From positions 104,941 to 168,940 of the forward strand of contig JAJVIN010000002.1 of assembly GCA_022071945.1 (NCBI GenBank): DNA of 64,000 nt, read 5' to 3'. Shown piece by piece: positions 37,368-45,640 of this stretch. The stretch comes from Thermoanaerobaculia bacterium (GTDB lineage: Bacteria; Acidobacteriota; Thermoanaerobaculia; UBA5066). A program made the translations under genes and the position numbers. The notes beneath the pieces are model-generated. The model saw only the letters and a program-made list of their open reading frames with translations, was not told the DNA's origin and searched no databases. How positions within the stretch are numbered: position 1 is the stretch's first letter; the number at the start of each line of letters is the position of its first letter.

Positions 37368-39950
37368 ATGAAGGCCCTTGAAACGAAGTCAACCAGAAGC
37401 CAGGCACAGACGCCGGCACCCGCCGTGGGCTGGGGAAGAGTCGGACTCGCGCTCGTTCTCGCGCTGACTTCGTGGGGCATCACGGCCGTCAGTTTCGGGC
37501 CGGTGGCGCGGGTGGACAGAACCCCGGCGAACGTGCTCCTCTCTCTCCTCGCGAGCGCCTTCGTCCTGACCGTTTACCTCACTGTGGCCGTCCTTCTGGC
37601 GCGAGCTCGAACGGCGGATCCGGCGCCGAAGGTGCTGCTCGTGCTCCTTCCGGTTTTGGGAGTGGGACACTCCCAGGACTTCCTGGAGCTCGGCTCGGTC
37701 CCGCCAGGGTTCTTCGGAGCCTGGGACGTGTTCCTCCGACAGGGGATTCCGGCGCTCTCGGCGGGCCCGATCCTGGCTTTCCTGGCCGTCTTTCCATCCG
37801 AAACCCGCTTCAGGAAGGCGATTCCCGGTCTCCTTGCCGCATTCTCGGTGGGGCCGTTCGCCTGGGCCGTCTTCGACTTCATGAGGCTCGGGCCCGAGGC
37901 CTTCAACCGCCCCTCGATCCGGCTCCTCCTCTGCAACCTCCTCGTGATCGCCGCCAACGTTTCGGCGATCGTCCGGCTCGTCTCGGGTGCCCTCAGCGCT
38001 TCGACCGAGCGGGACCGCCAGAGGGCCCGGATCGTGCTCTTCCCGACAGCGGCGTGGGTGCTCTTGCTGGTCTTGGTCAACAATCTTTCCTTCCTTCTGC
38101 AAAGTAGGACTGGAGCGCCGGTATTCCTGGCGGCCCTCCTCTCCGTTATCTTCCCCCTCTCCCTCTCGGCCGCCGTGCTGAAGACGAAGCTCTTCCAGAT
38201 CGATCGCCTGATCCGGCTCGGGCTTGCACGCGTGACGGCCTCTGCCCTCCTCGTCCTCGCCTTTCTCTTCGCGGCTCCCGCTCTGGCCTCGCGCGCCGCT
38301 GTCGCATTCCCGGCAAGCGAGGGGGTGAGAGAGCTCGCCGCGGGAGCCCTGGCCGCGGCGCTCGTCCTCCTGATGACGCCTCTGCGGGACCAGCTGCAGA
38401 GGGCAATCGACGCGTCGTTCTACAAGACGAGGGACGATCCGTACAGGCTGCTTCTGGCCGCGATGGTCCCGGAACCCTCGCGTCCCGGGAGCGCCGCCGG
38501 GCCCACGGAGATCAGCGATCACGTGCGCCAGGTGCTCAATCCGGAGAGGCAGTGGCTCTGGATAGACGATGGCCAGCCCGAACCGGCTCGAGGTGACGAA
38601 CCCGGCGCAACGCGCCCGCAGGAGGAACTAGGTCGCCCGGATCCCGGTTCGACGAGGGTGATGTCGGCCCGGTCTCCAAGGAGGCTCCGCGCGGCGATGG
38701 CCAGATACTCAGCGGATCCCGTGTTGGTTCTCTCGGAGGTTCCGGCAGCCGAGGAGCCGGTGTTTCAGGAGTTGGGGGACGAGGGATTCGAGATCCTGAT
38801 TCCTCTCACGGGTTCCAGGATGGAGGTCCTGGGTCTGTGGGCCCTCGGGCCGAAGAAGAGCGAGGAGCCCTACGGAAGCCGGGAGAAAGAAGCCCTGGGC
38901 GCTCTCGCGCGAGCCATGGCCCTTCACATCGAGCGCGACCGGCTTGCGTCGCAAGTCGAGTTCGAGCGGATGGGCCGGCAGAAGGTCGAGGGGGCGAGCC
39001 TGTTGCCGGGAGGCGCGGAGTTCCACGAATGTCCGCTTTGCGGACTCTGTTCCGACGGAGGGGGAACCTGCCCGGCAGAGGGCGCGGTGATGGTCTCGGT
39101 CCAGGCAGGGCCGCGAACGGTCGCCTCTCGTTACCGCCTCGATCAGCGAATCGGGCGGGGCGGGATGGGAGCGGTCTACCGGGCCTACGACACCGTGCTT
39201 CGCCGCGATGTCGCGGTGAAGCTCATCCGGCAGGATCAGGCCGGGCACGAGATCAGCCGGCAACGATTCCGGCAAGAGGCGCTGCTCGCGGCCCGTCTGC
39301 AGCATCCCAATGCGGTCGCGGTCTTCGACACCGGGGAATTCCCCGCAGGGGCCTACCATGTCATGGAACTCGTGGAGGGGAGCAACCTCGCGATCGAGTT
39401 GCGGCAACGCGGGAGGCTCCCCTTTGCCGAGGGGTGGCCCTACATTGAGGGGATGCTTTCGGCACTCGCGGCGGCCCACGATGTCGGGCTCGTGCATCGC
39501 GACGTGAAGCCGTCCAACTTGCTTCTCGCAAGGGGGCGGAGCGGAGACTTGACCGTGAAGCTGGCGGACTTCGGTCTGGCCCGCGGCGTGGAGGGAGAAG
39601 CGGGCCTGCCCGTGCCGAGTGACTTGACGCGGACGGGCACGATCGTGGGGAGCCCCGGTTACATGGCTCCGGAAGTCATGTCCGGGCGTCCCGCGACGCC
39701 AGCCTCCGACGTCTGGGCGGCCGCCGTCACATCGTACGAGATCCTGAGCGGGAAGAAGGCGTTCACGGGTGCGAGCCTCGTCGAGATCTACGAGTTTGCC
39801 AAGGCCGAACTCTTCGAGCCACTCTCCAGGCTCGCTCCGGATGTTCCTCTGCGGTTCGCCGCCGTTCTCGAGGCGGCCCTGTCCGCGAGCCCGAAGCGGC
39901 GGCCCAGAACGGCCGGCCGCCTCCTGGAAGCCCTTCGAGCCTCGGTCTGA
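37368..39950 (+). CDS. Polytopic membrane Ser/Thr protein kinase (multi-TM N-terminal sensor region, Cys cluster, C-terminal kinase domain)
   Basis: 860 aa. About 10 hydrophobic helices in the first ~330 aa. CPLCGLCSDGGGTCP just before the kinase domain. GRGGMGAVYRA, HRDVKPSN, DFGLAR. Confidence 0.85.
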   Translation: MKALETKSTRSQAQTPAPAVGWGRVGLALVLALTSWGITAVSFGPVARVDRTPANVLLSLLASAFVLTVYLTVAVLLARARTADPAPKVLLVLLPVLGVGHSQDFLELGSVPPGFFGAWDVFLRQGIPALSAGPILAFLAVFPSETRFRKAIPGLLAAFSVGPFAWAVFDFMRLGPEAFNRPSIRLLLCNLLVIAANVSAIVRLVSGALSASTERDRQRARIVLFPTAAWVLLLVLVNNLSFLLQSRTGAPVFLAALLSVIFPLSLSAAVLKTKLFQIDRLIRLGLARVTASALLVLAFLFAAPALASRAAVAFPASEGVRELAAGALAAALVLLMTPLRDQLQRAIDASFYKTRDDPYRLLLAAMVPEPSRPGSAAGPTEISDHVRQVLNPERQWLWIDDGQPEPARGDEPGATRPQEELGRPDPGSTRVMSARSPRRLRAAMARYSADPVLVLSEVPAAEEPVFQELGDEGFEILIPLTGSRMEVLGLWALGPKKSEEPYGSREKEALGALARAMALHIERDRLASQVEFERMGRQKVEGASLLPGGAEFHECPLCGLCSDGGGTCPAEGAVMVSVQAGPRTVASRYRLDQRIGRGGMGAVYRAYDTVLRRDVAVKLIRQDQAGHEISRQRFRQEALLAARLQHPNAVAVFDTGEFPAGAYHVMELVEGSNLAIELRQRGRLPFAEGWPYIEGMLSALAAAHDVGLVHRDVKPSNLLLARGRSGDLTVKLADFGLARGVEGEAGLPVPSDLTRTGTIVGSPGYMAPEVMSGRPATPASDVWAAAVTSYEILSGKKAFTGASLVEIYEFAKAELFEPLSRLAPDVPLRFAAVLEAALSASPKRRPRTAGRLLEALRASV

Positions 39951-39971
39951 GTTCGTCGGGTCCCTCGCCGC

Positions 39972-42926
39972 TCACCTGGCACCAGACTTCTGTTCGAGTG
40001 CTTCCAGGAACTCAGGATCCCTGTATCCGGCCTTCTTCAGGACCTCGACGAGGGGCGCAGCCTCGCCGGTCTGGCCGAGGTGGAGGAGGGCCACGCACCG
40101 CGTGGCCAGCATTCTGGTATCGGCTCTCTCGAGGTCCTTCGTGAAGGGGAGGAGGCGTTCCGCTGCCCGGGCGTAGGGAACTCGGGCGCCGGTTCGGTCC
40201 CCTCCCTCGGCCATGGACTGTCCGAGCCACACCTCGGCGCTCGCGAGACCGTACTGCCAGGCGGCGTTACCCGGCTCGTCGGTGACGAGCTTCGAGAGAG
40301 TAGCCACCGAGTCCGCCAGGGTTCGGCTAGCCTCGGCGGTCGCGCCGGTCCGAGACATGACGGAGCCCATCAAGGCGGCCACCAAGGCCGCATCGCGCTC
40401 GGCGGAGCGGTTGGAGGGATCCCGGCGTGCGATCTCGGCCATTTCGCGCGCTGCGATCCTGTACTCCTCGAGGGCCTCGCGGAATCGGCCCGCCTCCTTC
40501 AGGACCCGCGCCGCGGCAGCCGTGGACTGTGCGTGGTCCCGGCGCCAGGCGGCGTTTTCTGGGTCCTGGGTAGACAGAAAGCGGGCGATCTCCTGCTGCT
40601 TGCGGATTTCCGCGAGGGCTTCGTCGTAACGGCCCAGAGACCTGTAGACCCATCCGACGCTGTTGTGGGCGACCGAGAGCTCCCGCTTCAGCTGCAGGTT
40701 CTTCGGGTCCTCGAGGGAGAGGGCGGAAATCTGGTCGCGGTAGGTTGCGTACTCCGCGAGAGCGCCGCCCGTGTTTCCCAGAGCGGAGAGGAGATCTCCC
40801 AGCTTACTGTGAACGGCAGCCCGGTCGCGTTTCCAGAGCCGGTTCCCGGGTTCCTGAGCGAGGGCCTTCTCGATCAGGCCGAGCCCTGACCGCACGGACT
40901 GGAGGGCCTTCTCGACGTCGCCCGAGGTCTCGTACATGTCGCCCATCCTCAGGACGAGGGAAGCCTCTTCGACCTGTTGCTCGGCGCTCTGACGGATGGC
41001 ATCCGGCAGCTCTTGTCTGACCCTGAGAGCGTCCTCGAACCGGGCGGAGGCGGCCCGGTTCTCCCCGCGAACGCCCTCGACTGTACCCAGGTTCTGAAGG
41101 CTCGCCGCGAGGCCTCTCTTCCACTCCGCGTTCGAGGCGTCGCGGGAGAGAAGGGCCTTCTTGATCTCGAGCGCGCGGCTGTAGGAGCGCTCGGCCGCCG
41201 CGAGATCTCCCCGGACTCTCAGGACGTGACCGATCTCGTCGAGGGCGCGGGCCTTCTGAAAACGGTGAGAGTCCGACTGAGTCGCCTCGGGCTCTGACTC
41301 GAGCTCCGAGAGAGCGCGCACGAGGACGGTATCGAGCACGTCAAGACGGCCGATCGGCTCGAGCGACTCCCGCAGGTCCTTCAGCATGAAGTCGAGGAGG
41401 GAATCGGAGCGGGACCGGGCGCGGGCCTCCTCCTGGCGCGCCTTCTCGACGCGCTCCTTCTCGATTCGGACGGTACGGGCGTGGAAGATGGCGGAGACCG
41501 CGAGCACGGCCAGAAGGAGAATGGCCGACGCCGCGGCGGCTCTCCGCTCGAGGGCCTGCCGGCGATGGCGGCCCGCCGCGGCCTCGACCCGTTCGAGGAG
41601 CCGTGAGCGCTTCACTGGATCGGCCAACCTACTGGCATTGACGCGGGCCAGAACAAGATCCCCGTTGTCGAGGGCCAGCTGTGCGAAGCGCTCGTTTGTC
41701 GACTCGAGGATCTCCGGCACCGCGGGGTGCGAGCTCCAGAGCGTCTGGGCTCTCGCGGTTTCGGAAAGGATGTCCGTGAAGTGACCGTAGTCGGGGTCCG
41801 GTCGTTGGAGTCGCGGGATCAAGCTCGAGAGGATGGCGGCGGCCTCCCGGCGCCTGCTCGTCCCGGAAAGGTAGTCCTGGATCGTTTCCACGAGCTTGGC
41901 GGTCGCGGTCGGGCGAGCCGCTCTGTCGGGTGAGAGGCAGCGTTCGGAAAGGGCCACGAGCTCCGCCGGGGCTTCCCGGCTCCCAAGAGCCGCCTCGAGA
42001 GGAACGGTGTAGCCGCGCGCGGCCTGGCGAAAGACCTCGTCGGATGTCATGCCGGGCCTCGGCGGACTGCCGGCCAGGAGTTGGTAGAGGATTCCGCCTG
42101 CGAGGTAGATGTCGGTCCAGGGGCCGACCCCGCTGGCGGAGGCCGCCGCCTGCTCGGGAGCCATGTACGCGAGCGTTCCCGCCGGGCTGACGGCGGTCTC
42201 CGGAGACGGCAGGGCGAGCCACGCGGCGCGCTCGACGGCGTCGGCAGGCAGGGTGGCGCCGAACCTGATCGCAAGGCCCCAGTCGATGAGCCACGTCTCG
42301 CCGTACTCGCCCAGCATCACCTGGCCGGGCTTGAGGTCGCGATGAAGGACACCCCGGGAGTGGGCATACGAAACGGCCTGGAGAACGGCGAGGAGGACTG
42401 GGAGATGGCGGGCCAGAAAGTCGGGCACCGGTAGGGTCTTGAAGTCTTCCTGCAGAGCGTGCGTCCACAGGCGGCCCTTCAGATAACGCATCGCCAGAAC
42501 CGGAAGTCCTTCTGAATCCAGGCCCAAGTCGTAAACGGGCGGGATCGAGGGATGTTCGATTCGCGCGGTGATCAGGGCCTCCTGCTCGAAGACGCCCCGG
42601 GAGAGAGTCGGAGACGAGAGCACCCCGGACTCCGAAGTCCGCTTGCGCGAGACGCGCTTGAGGGCGACTCGGCGGCCCAGGGACGTCTGCACGGCTTCCC
42701 AGACCTCGCCAAAGCCGCCCTCTCCCGCCACATTGACGAGTCGGTAGGCTGGTACGGACTTCTCTCCCTCCGCCAGATCTCCTGGGTCCTGGATGATCCA
42801 GGGGACGAGCCTGAGGTCTGTGAGATTCGCGCTCTTTCCCTGTCCGAGCTGGCGCGTGCGGCCCGGGTCGTACGTCACGCCGGGATCGGCGGGCCATCCC
42901 GTTGGCAGGTCAGGAAGGTGGTCCAC
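39972..42926 (-). CDS. Ser/Thr protein kinase with TM segment and C-terminal TPR repeats
   Basis: 984 aa. GEGGFGEVWEA, HRDLKPGQ, DWGLA. TM AAASAILLLAVLAVSAIF. Then many TPR-like repeats. Confidence 0.88.
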   Translation of the reverse strand: MDHLPDLPTGWPADPGVTYDPGRTRQLGQGKSANLTDLRLVPWIIQDPGDLAEGEKSVPAYRLVNVAGEGGFGEVWEAVQTSLGRRVALKRVSRKRTSESGVLSSPTLSRGVFEQEALITARIEHPSIPPVYDLGLDSEGLPVLAMRYLKGRLWTHALQEDFKTLPVPDFLARHLPVLLAVLQAVSYAHSRGVLHRDLKPGQVMLGEYGETWLIDWGLAIRFGATLPADAVERAAWLALPSPETAVSPAGTLAYMAPEQAAASASGVGPWTDIYLAGGILYQLLAGSPPRPGMTSDEVFRQAARGYTVPLEAALGSREAPAELVALSERCLSPDRAARPTATAKLVETIQDYLSGTSRRREAAAILSSLIPRLQRPDPDYGHFTDILSETARAQTLWSSHPAVPEILESTNERFAQLALDNGDLVLARVNASRLADPVKRSRLLERVEAAAGRHRRQALERRAAAASAILLLAVLAVSAIFHARTVRIEKERVEKARQEEARARSRSDSLLDFMLKDLRESLEPIGRLDVLDTVLVRALSELESEPEATQSDSHRFQKARALDEIGHVLRVRGDLAAAERSYSRALEIKKALLSRDASNAEWKRGLAASLQNLGTVEGVRGENRAASARFEDALRVRQELPDAIRQSAEQQVEEASLVLRMGDMYETSGDVEKALQSVRSGLGLIEKALAQEPGNRLWKRDRAAVHSKLGDLLSALGNTGGALAEYATYRDQISALSLEDPKNLQLKRELSVAHNSVGWVYRSLGRYDEALAEIRKQQEIARFLSTQDPENAAWRRDHAQSTAAAARVLKEAGRFREALEEYRIAAREMAEIARRDPSNRSAERDAALVAALMGSVMSRTGATAEASRTLADSVATLSKLVTDEPGNAAWQYGLASAEVWLGQSMAEGGDRTGARVPYARAAERLLPFTKDLERADTRMLATRCVALLHLGQTGEAAPLVEVLKKAGYRDPEFLEALEQKSGAR

Positions 42927-42972
42927 GGCGGGTCTTGAGCCTCATCTCAGGATTGCCCGGGTTTTTCGATCG

Positions 42973-43578
42973 TCAACCGTAGTAGGGGGGCTCGTTGCCC
43001 GGCTTCCACTTGATATTGCAGCCCATGCTGGGCCGCTGCGGTGAGAGCGGCGGGACGCCCGCCAGGACTGCATCGGCGGCGGCCCGAAGGTCCTTGCCTG
43101 TCGGTGGAGACTGGGTCGAGTCGTAGACGCCGGGACCGAGCTTCGAGGGCCGGGTTCCATCGAATCTGCCCCGGTACAGGAGACGATGCGAAGCGTCGAA
43201 AAGGAAGAAGTCTGGCGTGCACGCCGCGGAATAGGCTTTCGCCACTGCCTGTGTCTCGTCGTAAAGGTACGGGAACGAGTAGCCGCGGCGAGCGGCTTCC
43301 GCCCGCATCTCCGCCGGGGAGTCTTCCGGAAAGGCCTCGACGTCGTTGCTGTTGATCCCGACGACGCTGAGACCCTTCGCCTGGTACTCGCGAGTAAAGG
43401 CCGAAAACGCATCCGCGAGGTGCTTGACGTACGGGCAGTGGTTGCAGATGAAGGCCACGAGGAGGGGCTTGCCCGCGAAGTCCGAACGCGAAACGGGGAT
43501 TCCGTTCGTGTCCGCGAGAGTGAAGTCAGGCGCCTCCGCACCGATCTGGAGGCGCTGTGTCGATTCTGTCAACGCCAT
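42973..43578 (-). CDS. Thioredoxin-fold (AhpC/TSA-like) thiol-disulfide oxidoreductase family protein
   Basis: 201 aa. APDFTL...GKPLLVAFICNHCPYV (CxxC) motif. Confidence 0.8.
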   Translation of the reverse strand: MALTESTQRLQIGAEAPDFTLADTNGIPVSRSDFAGKPLLVAFICNHCPYVKHLADAFSAFTREYQAKGLSVVGINSNDVEAFPEDSPAEMRAEAARRGYSFPYLYDETQAVAKAYSAACTPDFFLFDASHRLLYRGRFDGTRPSKLGPGVYDSTQSPPTGKDLRAAADAVLAGVPPLSPQRPSMGCNIKWKPGNEPPYYG

Positions 43579-43618
43579 GCCGCGACTCCTGGGGACGGAA
43601 CGCTAGCACAGCAGGCGG

Positions 43619-44389
43619 TCAGCGGTGCGAAGCGCGGGGCTCTCGCGTGGCGCCTTCGAGAGCGCGGCGGTAGCTGTCGGACGTCCAGGCTTCGGGGCTG
43701 AAGAAGTACACCCGCCTCCCGGCCCACGGGACCGGGATGAGCTCGCGCGTGGCCAGGCCGAGGCTCGTCCGGCATTCGGGGGACGAGAAGTCGTGCCCGG
43801 AGGCGATGCGCCGGCGAATCACCGGGCCATCCGGCCCCATGTCGAAGAGCATCGGGACGATCTCGTCGGCGGCCAGGCCCGAAAGCCAGTTGTCCCCGAG
43901 GCACCACGAAGCGAGTGCCGTGAAGGAGAGGAGAGTCGTGGACGGGAGCCTGTCGCGCAGCTCGGAGAGGAGGGCTCGAAAGAACGGACGCTCCGAGACG
44001 GTTGCGTCCGAGTCAATCTGGATGGCGCGTACTTTCGGGACCCGGCTCACCCGCAGGACTTCCTCCACGATGCGGGAGCGCTGTCCTGCGGTCAGAGCGG
44101 GATTGGCTCCGTGAGGTGTCTCGACCCGGGCGACGGCCATGAGAGGGGTGTCAGGGCTGGTCAGGAGTGGCTGGAGACGCGGAACCACGCTGAGGCTCTC
44201 GCTCTCGAGCTGGAGGGTGACCGCGAGAAACGCGACGCCCGTACCGGTTCCGCTCAGGAACCGGAGGTCTTCACGGCGCTCCCAGGCCCACAGGACGCGT
44301 TTCGGAAAGGAGTCATGCTGGCCCTGAGTCGTGGGACTCGATGCGGCCGGCAGGATGAAGGCCATCGTCGCGACGAACCAGCGGATCAC
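43619..44389 (-). CDS. Hypothetical secreted protein
   Basis: 256-aa ORF with a signal-like N-terminus MIRWFVATMAFILPAASS. No motif I can name. Confidence 0.5.
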   Translation of the reverse strand: MIRWFVATMAFILPAASSPTTQGQHDSFPKRVLWAWERREDLRFLSGTGTGVAFLAVTLQLESESLSVVPRLQPLLTSPDTPLMAVARVETPHGANPALTAGQRSRIVEEVLRVSRVPKVRAIQIDSDATVSERPFFRALLSELRDRLPSTTLLSFTALASWCLGDNWLSGLAADEIVPMLFDMGPDGPVIRRRIASGHDFSSPECRTSLGLATRELIPVPWAGRRVYFFSPEAWTSDSYRRALEGATREPRASHR

Positions 44390-44404
44390 GGGTTCTGCCG
44401 CGGG

Positions 44405-45001
44405 CTATGGTTGCTGTTCTTTCGTCGTGTCGGGGACGTCCGGGATCCACCACCCGCCCATGTCGATCTCGATAGAGTCGAACGGCAGGGCGCGGACGGT
44501 CTTGTCTCCCTCGTGCAGACCGGCGATGACCCAGCGATTTCCGTCTCTTTCGAAGATCTCGAGGGTCTTTGCGATCGGGTCGATCAACCAGGCCCAGTTC
44601 ACCTCGTGCGCGAGGTAGATCGGGAGCTTTCGCATCCGGTCGATCCGGAGCGATCGAGGCGAGAGGATCTCGCAGACCCAGTCGGGAGCGAGCGTGAAGT
44701 AGGCCGTGGAAGGGAAGATGGGCATCCTTTCGCGGCGCCAGCCGGCCAGGTCGGGTACCAGGACGTCGTCGCCAAGGTGAAGCTCGGGTTCATCGAGAAT
44801 CCACCAGCCTCCGGGCCCGCCTCGACCGCGCTGGAACGGGCTGTTCAGATCCCCTCCGAGGACGGAACTCGCATACGCGTGCGGTGATGCTGGCCTCGGC
44901 GAGACGATCAGCTCCCCGTGAATCAGCTCTCCGACGACGATGTCGGGGAGAGCCAGGATGTCGGCATAGGTCGCTCGGCGGGTCACTGGGACGGCGGACA
45001 T
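44405..45001 (-). CDS. Uma2-family (DUF820) restriction-endonuclease-fold protein
   Basis: 198 aa from ATG 45001 (MSAVPVTRRATYADILALPD). GELIHGELIVSPRP, PDLAGW and PDWVCEILSP motifs are typical of Uma2. The upstream part of track ORF 44405..45265 is the nuoN-derived repeat, not this gene. Confidence 0.8.
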   Translation of the reverse strand: MSAVPVTRRATYADILALPDIVVGELIHGELIVSPRPASPHAYASSVLGGDLNSPFQRGRGGPGGWWILDEPELHLGDDVLVPDLAGWRRERMPIFPSTAYFTLAPDWVCEILSPRSLRIDRMRKLPIYLAHEVNWAWLIDPIAKTLEIFERDGNRWVIAGLHEGDKTVRALPFDSIEIDMGGWWIPDVPDTTKEQQP

Positions 45002-45056
45002 GCCTGAAGCGTAGCCATCTGGCGGCGGGGGAGCAAGCACGGCGATTCCCACGGAT

Positions 45057-45171
45057 GCACGAAGGGCGGGCACGAGGCCCGCCCTTCGGATTCTGATTCG
45101 ATGTGTTTCGGGCTTTCGCCGCACTGCCAGGGAGACCGCCGACGCCGCCGAGCGGGCGAGGCCGAAGAGGG
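45057..45171. repeat. Left copy of ~115-bp direct repeat: degenerate duplicate of the nuoN 3' end plus its downstream hairpin
   Basis: Manual ungapped alignment with 55512-55626 gives about 103 of 115 positions identical. The first 40 nt are identical, including hairpin GAAGGGCGGGC acgag GCCCGCCCTTC. The nuoN stop (cta at 55568-55570) reads ctt in this copy. Confidence 0.9.
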
Positions 45172-45640
45172 GAAGCCACCCGCCCAGGCCGGCCTGTCTA
45201 TTCGTCAAGGATGAGCGCCCGTGCCGCGAATTCGATGTCCTCGTGGACTCGCTCACGTGTTGCACAGAAGTCGATGAGTAAAGCCTGTGGTTTCACGAAG
45301 CGGCGAAGGGTGTGGGTGAAGGTTGCGTCGGCGCCGGATGCGCAGAAGTCCTCGAGCATCTGGGAGGCCAGGACGCAGAGGGTGGAGTCGCTCAACTTGA
45401 TGGACCAGTACCGGCCTGCCTACGGAGCTTCCGAGCATCCGCCACTTGACTGGAAGCCTTCTGCCTGGAAACTGGACGAGACCTTCCGGACGGAGGCGAA
45501 GCTGGCCTTGAGACGTCTGTATAGGCCGCGATAGCGGATCCCACCTTCCGCTCTTCTCGAGATGCTCCCTTGGCTTTTCTCTTCACCGACCCTATCTTTT
45601 CGCCAGGGATTGGAACGATCGAGATGAGGAGGCTCCCGTC

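Noticed and set aside
44405-45265. Full 286-aa track ORF as the Uma2 gene
   Set aside because: Its N-terminal 88 codons are a translation of the nuoN-derived repeat and hairpin. The Uma2 homology begins at the internal ATG at 45001.
45198-45395. 65-aa ORF as a stand-alone gene (toxin/antitoxin or HEPN-like)
   Set aside because: It starts at TTG, has no RBS, and has no recognisable motif (RERVH does not fit Rx4-6H). It is more likely the tail of a decayed gene, and is reported only as part of the pseudogene-like stretch.
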